Sequence record: LR756501.1
Length of the DNA stretch: 64,000 nt
Strand: one strand, 5' to 3'
Below are positions 57,508-64,000 of the stretch, piece after piece (the stretch's first letter is position 1; each line of letters starts with the position of its first letter). The position numbers were made by a program, and so were the translations under genes. Under the pieces are notes generated by a model. The model was given only the letters and a program-made list of their open reading frames with translations, was not told the origin of the DNA and made no database searches.

Positions 57508-57571
57508 AGTTTGAAGTTATCTTTTAATTGTTATTGAAGTTATCTCTTAAAACTTATAGGTATAAAAAGAA

Positions 57572-57601
57572 AAAAAGTTGAAGATTTCTCTCCAACTTTT
57601 T
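57572..57601 (-). terminator. intrinsic terminator with GAAA loop
   Basis: AAAAAGTTGGAGA-GAAA-TCTTCAACTTTTT then T-run. Confidence 0.75.
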
Positions 57602-57651
57602 ATCGTCATGGGTTGCCTAAAAGTAACATTTGAAGTTATATATCATAAAAA

Positions 57652-57751
57652 GACAAAAGTTGATAATTTCTTATCAACTTTCGACCGGCCCGTTACGTCT
57701 ACCACCCTGTTTAGTTTAACATGAAACAGGGAAAAATGTTTCTGACTTTCG
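57652..57751 (-). ncRNA. candidate small RNA
   Basis: TAATATATA box at 57752-57760, internal stem CCCTGTTT/AAACAGGG, ends in hairpin; no ORF. Confidence 0.3.
57656..57681 (-). terminator. intrinsic terminator-like hairpin with GAAA loop
   Basis: AAAGTTGATAA-GAAA-TTATCAACTTT. Confidence 0.7.
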
Positions 57752-57772
57752 TATATATTAAAAATATAAGGC

Positions 57773-58165
57773 CTAATCTTCTAAAAATTCAGGCTTCACT
57801 ATCATATCTAAAAAAGGTAATTTCTCTTCCATCGTTGTGTATATCATCATTTTATAATTAGATTGTACACACGGATAATCTAATCCTTCTTTTTTTATTT
57901 TACTTTCAGCTCTATCTAAATCAAATTGATCTATATTTGTAAAGGCGTCTTCACCCATCATTTCCCACATTTCTTCGGGTGTTAATAAAACTGCTTTGTA
58001 AATATATTCATCGGGTGAGTGATAAAAATCATCAAGAAACATAGTTGCTATGTCTTTTTTGAGTTTCTTTGGTAGATCTTCGTATTCGTATTCTTTACCT
58101 GCCTCAAAATCAAATTTATTACATTTCTGTAAATCTACGTCGTTAACTCTTCTAATTCTTGGCAT
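57773..58165 (-). CDS. hypothetical protein
   Basis: 130-aa ORF. Confidence 0.6.
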   Translation of the reverse strand: MPRIRRVNDVDLQKCNKFDFEAGKEYEYEDLPKKLKKDIATMFLDDFYHSPDEYIYKAVLLTPEEMWEMMGEDAFTNIDQFDLDRAESKIKKEGLDYPCVQSNYKMMIYTTMEEKLPFLDMIVKPEFLED

Positions 58166-58166
58166 A

Positions 58167-58568
58167 TTAGTATTTTGTTTTAATTCTTATTCTTGTTTCA
58201 TCTATACTTAATTTATTAGCGTTAACGTAATCAAGATCAACCTTATTCATTGTTTCATTTTCTAAATCTATTTCGTAACCATCGTGGCCTTTTTCCATAA
58301 CTTCTTTAACCTCAAACCAAGCACCTGCTCCAATCTTCTTGTCTCTAAAAGGTAAGTAAACTATAACATCACATCTACTAACGAGTTCTTTAAAAAAATC
58401 CATATATGTATCAGGATGTTCGGCTCTATATTCTAAAAATTTACCTTGTAAAAAATCATCACCCGGATTCATAACTCTACCATCTAGATTCTGATTAATG
58501 ATATCAAGACAATTTTTCTCAACTTCTGTTTTATATGTGTTTACTGGGTGTGCAAAGTATATGTTCAT
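58167..58568 (-). CDS. nucleoside 2-deoxyribosyltransferase-like (flavodoxin fold) protein
   Basis: IYFAHP, CDVIVYL, GAGAWFEV. Confidence 0.55.
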   Translation of the reverse strand: MNIYFAHPVNTYKTEVEKNCLDIINQNLDGRVMNPGDDFLQGKFLEYRAEHPDTYMDFFKELVSRCDVIVYLPFRDKKIGAGAWFEVKEVMEKGHDGYEIDLENETMNKVDLDYVNANKLSIDETRIRIKTKY

Positions 58569-58581
58569 ATTAAATATTATT

Positions 58582-59280
58582 TTATACGTATTCCCAATCT
58601 TCTTCACCGTAAGGATCTTCGGCTGTTATTGTTCTATGTATTTCCCTTTTAATTTCACAATTAATTAATCCATCATATGTTAAGCGATAGATTTTTTCGT
58701 TTTCGTCTCGAAATACAAAATGTGAAAATCTATGGTTTCTATCGTAAAGAACACCAGTTGCTATTAATTTGATTATATTAACTCTATTAAGATAATCTGT
58801 GAATCTAATAGTTTTACCTACAACGTTATCACCAAAATATCTAAGTGAAGCGGAAATAATGTCTTGTTGAAAATCTGAAAATACGATTTCATCGTTCGCG
58901 CTTTCACTAATATCTTCTTCACCGTAGGGGTCTAATTCATTAACATTTCTGTTAATTTTTCTAGACCAAGTTATTGTTGATTTTTCAGGGATAAGAAAAT
59001 CCTCTTCGTGACCGTTACTAACTCTACCAATAAAATGAAACTCATATCTCCTTTCATCTAGCACAACTTCACTAACTTTTATAGTTGCCCTGGCGTGCCA
59101 CGTTCTAAGAGGCATTTTAAGATACTCAGAAACATTAACTGTTCTACCTACCATTTCTTTTTTTAAATATTCAAATATATTATCGTAAGTTAAAAACTCA
59201 TCTCCCATCTCCCAAATAGATCTTGATATGGTTATATTTTCAACTGATTCTTTAACATAAGATGAAAAATTAATGATCAT
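58582..59280 (-). CDS. two-module hypothetical, each module ending in DPYGEE
   Basis: Leader MIINFSSYVKES; internal DPYGEEDI, terminal DPYGEEDWEYV. Confidence 0.75.
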   Translation of the reverse strand: MIINFSSYVKESVENITISRSIWEMGDEFLTYDNIFEYLKKEMVGRTVNVSEYLKMPLRTWHARATIKVSEVVLDERRYEFHFIGRVSNGHEEDFLIPEKSTITWSRKINRNVNELDPYGEEDISESANDEIVFSDFQQDIISASLRYFGDNVVGKTIRFTDYLNRVNIIKLIATGVLYDRNHRFSHFVFRDENEKIYRLTYDGLINCEIKREIHRTITAEDPYGEEDWEYV

Positions 59281-59746
59281 CCCAATCCTCCTCTCCGTAA
59301 GGATCGTGCTTAGATACTATGACTTTTGGTTGAATAAACGTGAATTCATACATTTCTTTAGTTGATAAAATGAAAAGAGAGTCATCAGCTTTTACGTTGA
59401 TAACGATAGAATCATCTATTACCTCAACACCGTGATTTTTACCAATGGTAATTTTATGACCACCCTTTGCTCCAAATACTAAGAAAGGTTCGTTTTGACT
59501 AATTAAAACTGTACTAGTGCCAATATGTCTCAATCTAATGTATCTACCACCAGACTCACATATCGCTTTAATTCTATTACCGCAAGCAATTATATCTTTA
59601 TGATCCAAATTGTACAATTCTTTCAAAGACATAACCATAGGTTTGCTTTTCCTATCATCTTCTGATTCGTGTGCTGGAAGAGCTAACGGCGCTTTCTTGA
59701 AAAGACTAGCATCAGATTGATCGAATTGTTCGTAAGTTCTTATCAT
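59270..59746 (-). CDS. hypothetical, leader + C-terminal DPYGEEDW
   Basis: MIRTYEQF...KHDPYGEEDWDDH; TTATATATA at 59752-59760. Confidence 0.75.
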   Translation of the reverse strand: MIRTYEQFDQSDASLFKKAPLALPAHESEDDRKSKPMVMSLKELYNLDHKDIIACGNRIKAICESGGRYIRLRHIGTSTVLISQNEPFLVFGAKGGHKITIGKNHGVEVIDDSIVINVKADDSLFILSTKEMYEFTFIQPKVIVSKHDPYGEEDWDDH

Positions 59747-59774
59747 AACCCTATATATAAAATTTTAATTTTAA

Positions 59775-60200
59775 TTAATCGTCCCACTCCTCTTCACCGT
59801 ATGGATCTTCTATTGTATATATTCTTTCGACTATTGCAACTTTAACAGGATATTCTAGGTTAACCATTATTTCAGCGTTTCTAATATCAAACCATATTTT
59901 ATAATTAGTTTTATTAGTGTGTCTATCATACTTTTCATGAAATTTTATTCCATCAACTATTACAGTCATTGGATCTACAACTTTAACTATTTCTCTTTGT
60001 ACAGCGTCTCCGTCTCTTTTTAAATTTTCATACATCCAATGAAATTGTACTCTCTTATTTAAAAACAATTTATCCAGATGTCTTGTGAGAAGTCCGTTAT
60101 CATTGAGTTCCCACATCTCAATAGTATCAATATAATCGTCACATATTTTTAGAAGATCGTAAGATTTATAACTGGAGAAATTAGCAAACTCTTTAATCAT
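59775..60200 (-). CDS. hypothetical, leader + C-terminal DPYGEEEW
   Basis: Start MIKEFANF inside upstream tag; ends IEDPYGEEEWDD. Confidence 0.72.
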   Translation of the reverse strand: MIKEFANFSSYKSYDLLKICDDYIDTIEMWELNDNGLLTRHLDKLFLNKRVQFHWMYENLKRDGDAVQREIVKVVDPMTVIVDGIKFHEKYDRHTNKTNYKIWFDIRNAEIMVNLEYPVKVAIVERIYTIEDPYGEEEWDD

Positions 60201-60639
60201 CCCATTCCTCCTCTCCATATGGATCTAATGTTTTATCTACTTGTACTTTTTTCCTTTCTTCCTTTAAATGTACAATTATAGGTTCTAATGGGTAAACTTC
60301 ATATGTATCAATATGACCAGATACCATAAAACTTATTGTTACATCGAGATCAAAGAATGATGTTACATCTACACTCAATATAACACCAGTAATCTTCATT
60401 CCCCTTTTTTTATCTATGTTTCCTTGTGGGTTTACATACTCTTCATCTTTATAAAATGCACAAAGTTTATTTAACACTTTCCTTTTTAATCTCTCTTCAA
60501 ATTCTATACAATCAACAAAGTTATCATCTGGATTACAACATCTTTCACCTATATCAGTAATACTAACTTCTTCTGTGAATGGATATTCTAACAGGAGATC
60601 ATCTATTTTATTTTCAAATATTTCAAATTTAGTTATCAT
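60193..60639 (-). CDS. hypothetical, leader + C-terminal DPYGEEEW
   Basis: MITKFEIFE...TLDPYGEEEWDD. Confidence 0.75.
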   Translation of the reverse strand: MITKFEIFENKIDDLLLEYPFTEEVSITDIGERCCNPDDNFVDCIEFEERLKRKVLNKLCAFYKDEEYVNPQGNIDKKRGMKITGVILSVDVTSFFDLDVTISFMVSGHIDTYEVYPLEPIIVHLKEERKKVQVDKTLDPYGEEEWDD

Positions 60640-61181
60640 AAATAAGCTTTCATCGTACTTGAAAAGAGTCTTGTCCTCACTCTATCAAGCACTATTTCTT
60701 TTTCTAAAATCCAACCCCAAGTGTCTTTTATATAAGGACGTTTATGTGGACCTATAACTAATAGATTATCAGTCGATTCCCCCAACGAAAACAAGAATGG
60801 TGGAAGTTTACTTTCATCTAATAGATGTAGAGCGTAACTACATATTACTAAAGAGTAAGAACGATTACGTAGTGACCCTTTCATAATATCTTCAAATTTC
60901 ATACTTAAACAAGGTCTACCAGTCTCTTTAGTATATTCAGTTGATAGAAAACCATCTATCGCTTCTATATTATGTACTCCTAACTCTTCAAGTATTTTAG
61001 TTACCTCGCCTTTACCAGCAGCTAAATCAAGCACACTGGTGAAATCTAAATCCCAATAATTATAAATATAGTTTATTGATTTTTTAATGGCCTCTTCGTG
61101 TGGGTTTTGATAATCCCCCGCGTGAAAAGCGTAAAAGTTTTTAACTCCGAATTTTTGATATTGACTTCTTATTGAATCCAT
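60636..61181 (-). CDS. class I SAM-dependent methyltransferase
   Basis: VLDLAAGKGE, YSLVICSYALHL; TTATATATA at 61187-61195. Confidence 0.8.
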   Translation of the reverse strand: MDSIRSQYQKFGVKNFYAFHAGDYQNPHEEAIKKSINYIYNYWDLDFTSVLDLAAGKGEVTKILEELGVHNIEAIDGFLSTEYTKETGRPCLSMKFEDIMKGSLRNRSYSLVICSYALHLLDESKLPPFLFSLGESTDNLLVIGPHKRPYIKDTWGWILEKEIVLDRVRTRLFSSTMKAYL

Positions 61182-61205
61182 AAACCTATATATAATTTTT
61201 TATAT

Positions 61206-61457
61206 TTAGGTTTCTTCCCAAGTCTCCTCGCCGTATGGATCGTTATCGTTAAAAACTCTTTTATATTTAATCCAATTATTACTAAATGTTTCTACTGCGT
61301 ATCTAAAGAATAGAGATCCGTATTCAGGTTTTGGATATATTTCCACATACCCACCGTCTAAATAATTCACATTTAGTTCGTAGCACATGTTACGGAAAAA
61401 TCCAAACCCTTCTTTACCCACGTAAAGATAATTATTAGTCCCAGTTTTCTTCTCCAT
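61206..61457 (-). CDS. small hypothetical, C-terminal DPYGEETW
   Basis: Ends KRVFNDNDPYGEETWEET; start uncertain (61457 or 61472). Confidence 0.65.
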   Translation of the reverse strand: MEKKTGTNNYLYVGKEGFGFFRNMCYELNVNYLDGGYVEIYPKPEYGSLFFRYAVETFSNNWIKYKRVFNDNDPYGEETWEET

Positions 61458-61680
61458 AAGGGTCAGCCTCACTAAAAATTCTTTTATACTTGTATGTTCT
61501 TATCCAGTTTTCTTCAAACTTTTCTTTGGAATCGTAAGCACATTGGTTTGCCCCAGAACTTCTCTGTGGATATACCATGTAAGGCCAAAATCCACCTATT
61601 TCTATTTCAAGGTCATATTCTCTTCCATGTACATATCCCATAGAACCATCTTGACCTTTGAATGTGAATTTACTCCTCAT
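61435..61680 (-). CDS. small hypothetical, C-terminal DPYGEENW
   Basis: Start MRSKF inside upstream tag; ends KRIFSEADPYGEENWD. Confidence 0.68.
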   Translation of the reverse strand: MRSKFTFKGQDGSMGYVHGREYDLEIEIGGFWPYMVYPQRSSGANQCAYDSKEKFEENWIRTYKYKRIFSEADPYGEENWD

Positions 61681-62374
61681 CCCAATCCTCCTCACCGTAG
61701 GGGTCTGCTTCACTAAATATAATCTTAGGCTCTTTATGACGTCTAAAACTATTATTATCGGTTGTTACTCCAGCAATATCACCAGTTAATCTATAAAAAA
61801 CATCAGTATCATCATCGTAAGTGAAAGCTTCAGCAACGCTAGAAACCCTACCAGTTCTTGTACCTCTCCAATCAACGAAATCTAAAAGTTCTCCAATTTT
61901 AAATTTAGCGTCATCAACATTCTTCCTTGTTGTTTTTAAATAACGTTCTCTAACGACATTTCTACCCCCTTGCATATTCTCAACATGGTACTCTATTGTG
62001 TTGAGATCTTCCATGCTTATGTTAGATCTCTTAATAACTAAGGGTTCGTGGGACATAAAACCGTTTCCGTATATACTATATACTATATCACCAGTTTTAA
62101 ATTTTCCTATATTTAAATCACCACAATAATCACCTTTCTTAATTTTCTTAATTTTCTTTTCTGTGGTCCATAATAGAAGTCCACCACCCATATCAAGTTG
62201 ATATTCAAACGTGGTTTTACTCCAACCTAAATCCCTTATTTGGAAGATTTTAGCTTTTACAAATTCAAAATTGCGATAGAATTCAGTGCCAGTGGTATTA
62301 TAAGCGACAAATTCACCAACTTTGAATCTCCCACCTCTTCCCACAAATCTGCTTTGATTTTGATAATGTTTCAT
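61670..62374 (-). CDS. hypothetical with three F-K-x-G-[DE] modules, C-terminal DPYGEEDW
   Basis: RFKVGEFV, KFKTGDIV, KFKIGELL; start at ATGA overlap. Confidence 0.72.
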   Translation of the reverse strand: MKHYQNQSRFVGRGGRFKVGEFVAYNTTGTEFYRNFEFVKAKIFQIRDLGWSKTTFEYQLDMGGGLLLWTTEKKIKKIKKGDYCGDLNIGKFKTGDIVYSIYGNGFMSHEPLVIKRSNISMEDLNTIEYHVENMQGGRNVVRERYLKTTRKNVDDAKFKIGELLDFVDWRGTRTGRVSSVAEAFTYDDDTDVFYRLTGDIAGVTTDNNSFRRHKEPKIIFSEADPYGEEDWDEE

Positions 62375-62640
62375 TTTTGTTTTTTTATCCAAACAACGTA
62401 TTCTCTAAATTTCTTGTTCTCTAATAACCTTTTCAATGTATTATAATAGTTACCTAATTCTTTCTCTGTCCAAAAGACGTGAATAGTTTTGTGACAAGTT
62501 TTACATAATCTGATACCATGAGTTTTAAGATATTCTTTTTCGTAAAGCTTTTTGAATTTTTTATTTGAATGTAAGGTTACAGGAATATAGTGATGAAAAG
62601 TTAATTCCATCTCTCTGCCACATATTTCACATATCTCCAT
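62371..62640 (-). CDS. HNH endonuclease-like protein
   Basis: CEICG..TFHHYIP..LCKTCHKTIH. Confidence 0.75.
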   Translation of the reverse strand: MEICEICGREMELTFHHYIPVTLHSNKKFKKLYEKEYLKTHGIRLCKTCHKTIHVFWTEKELGNYYNTLKRLLENKKFREYVVWIKKQK

Positions 62641-63562
62641 AATTATATTCATTTATTAGTCCAACAGTCTTACTCAAGATATATCTATTCCTACGTCTCA
62701 TTTGATTCATAAGAGCACCAACTTTTTTCAACGGTTTTTTATCTTCTTGTTTTAAATTTCTAAGGAATTGCTTAGTCCTTTCAGTACCCATATCCCTTAG
62801 ATTTATAGTATCTGATAAAGTTAAACACCTTCTATAAAGTTCTTCCCTTTCTTTATAAACGTCACTAATTAATATTTCGTCTTTTAACGTCTGGTAATCA
62901 GGATCATCTATTTGAATTATATCTTCTTTTAATTTTTTTAATTTTAATAAGTAACCATCATCCATAGTCTTTAATAGAATATCTAAAAATCTATCCCATT
63001 CGAAGAATGTATTGTCCTCTTTAAGAGTCTCTACGTGATTTTTTATTTTGAGAAACTCGTAACCCATTATATACATTATCTCGTCAAAATAATATCTATG
63101 AACCTTGTTGAACTCGTTGGTTAAATTTTCGAATAACGGAGATTCTGTTAAAAACTTATCACCTGTTTCTGAAAGAGGTGAGGTTCGCGATATGATTACA
63201 ATTAATCTATAATTCTTTAATTTACCATCGTCACCAAGTATTACATTACCGTGTGTATCTAACCATTCTGATGTTGTTAGTATATCTCTATCATCTATAT
63301 TGGATATGATACAATCATCGTAATTCATTCTTTTGGTAGATAGTAATATGGAGTCGTTAGAAAAAATTCCACTTTCTCTAACAAACCCTTTAGCGTTCCT
63401 ACATCTACCAAGAATATTTTTATAATGAAATTCAAAATTCTTATTCTCTTTAAATTTTTTAATGAAATATTTATTTAAGTAGTTTCTAAGCACAAAAGTA
63501 TATTCAGTTGGTTTATATGCCAATCCAACATCACTTCTGTTACAGGCTTCCCAGAAATTCAT
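62627..63562 (-). CDS. hypothetical protein
   Basis: 311-aa ORF. Confidence 0.7.
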   Translation of the reverse strand: MNFWEACNRSDVGLAYKPTEYTFVLRNYLNKYFIKKFKENKNFEFHYKNILGRCRNAKGFVRESGIFSNDSILLSTKRMNYDDCIISNIDDRDILTTSEWLDTHGNVILGDDGKLKNYRLIVIISRTSPLSETGDKFLTESPLFENLTNEFNKVHRYYFDEIMYIMGYEFLKIKNHVETLKEDNTFFEWDRFLDILLKTMDDGYLLKLKKLKEDIIQIDDPDYQTLKDEILISDVYKEREELYRRCLTLSDTINLRDMGTERTKQFLRNLKQEDKKPLKKVGALMNQMRRRNRYILSKTVGLINEYNYGDM

Positions 63563-63837
63563 CGTCCAACAAAATTAATCAAACAATATTCTTCCTCTAT
63601 GTTATTTTCTATTACAAATGATATAACATCAGAAACTTCTTGCTCCTCTAAATATCTATCACACGCTACTACCCAAGTACAATCTGACTCAAAATCGTCC
63701 CACGTACTAAATATAACTCTATCGGGAAGTACTCCTCTATCTAATAGATTTTCATGGATTTCTTTCATGTCTATTTCTGAAAATTCATCTATAAACGAAA
63801 ATCCAAAAATCATTGCGTCATCAGGTAATTCGGCCAT
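63559..63837 (-). CDS. hypothetical acidic protein
   Basis: 92-aa ORF. Confidence 0.6.
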   Translation of the reverse strand: MAELPDDAMIFGFSFIDEFSEIDMKEIHENLLDRGVLPDRVIFSTWDDFESDCTWVVACDRYLEEQEVSDVISFVIENNIEEEYCLINFVGR

Positions 63838-63998
63838 TATTTCAGTCTTAAATATTTAACCCAAGCGTAGGGTTTTCGTTTTTTCAAATAATTCAATTCG
63901 TACTGATTTTTGTAAGCCTCTCTTTCGAAAGACATACACGTGTAAGCAGTATCTTTATCTTTTATAGTTTTTATTATCAATTCAACTATGTACCAAAT
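63837..63998 (-). CDS. hypothetical protein, 5'-truncated by window edge
   Basis: ...MSFEREAYKNQYELNYLKKRKPYAWVKYLRLK*, TAATG overlap. Confidence 0.6.
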   Translation of the reverse strand: MWYIVELIIKTIKDKDTAYTCMSFEREAYKNQYELNYLKKRKPYAWVKYLRLK

Positions 63999-64000
63999 AT

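Larger units (their letters stand above)
4921..61705. repeat. dispersed coding motif DPYGEExW (20 copies in 17 ORFs)
   Basis: Always in the sense frame of an ORF; copy coordinates listed under findings. Confidence 0.97.

Noticed and set aside
58582-62374. Diversity-generating retroelement target repeats
   Set aside because: No reverse transcriptase and no TR/VR pair differing only at adenines.
152-63859. Many short antisense or alternate-frame ORFs in the track (e.g. 152-337, 1628-1834, 9216-9455, 19899-20279, 29374-29745, 35925-36368)
   Set aside because: They lie inside longer, motif-bearing ORFs on the other strand or frame and have no independent start signals.
1-64000. Stop-codon reassignment (TAG or TGA) as in some large phages
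   Set aside because: Code 11 gives dense, long ORFs; TAG and TGA end genes at terminators and ATGA overlaps.
1-64000. Bacterial chromosome (prs, ppk2, tonB present)
   Set aside because: These genes are isolated among short unknown ORFs with T4-like uvsW/uvsY/gp13; no ribosomal or housekeeping operon structure.
1-64000. tRNA, rRNA or CRISPR genes
   Set aside because: Intergenic gaps are short and AT-rich; no cloverleaf/T-loop motif or regular repeat-spacer pattern found by eye.

Overview
AT-rich, densely packed viral DNA, best read as part of a large ('jumbo'-type) tailed phage with T4-like core genes (UvsW helicase, UvsY-like, gp13 neck-like, two >1000-aa putative virion proteins). The host is probably Bacteroidota, based on a Bacteroidota-style TonB, a DUF2452-like gene and six TAnnTTTG host-type promoter boxes. 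Standard genetic code; one 21-nt N gap; no tRNA or CRISPR array seen. Accessory enzymes include Prs, PPK2, ADP-ribosylglycohydrolase, two M28-like peptidases, a metallophosphoesterase, SPFH, an AAA+ ATPase, two nucleotidyltransferases, GH16, a glycosyltransferase-like protein, methyltransferases, radical SAM, an ECF sigma factor with a 91-aa insertion and a degenerate PolB-like fragment. The strongest unexplained signal is the peptide D-P-Y-G-E-E-x-W-[DE], found 20 times in 17 mostly unrelated proteins. It is synonymously varied at the DNA level and sits at N-termini, C-termini or inter-domain linkers. It is concentrated in two tandem gene arrays (33.3-35.3 kb and 58.6-62.4 kb) and often co-occurs with a T4 capsid-targeting-like N-terminal leader and an ATATATA promoter-like box. 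All family assignments come from reading motifs by eye; no database search was run.
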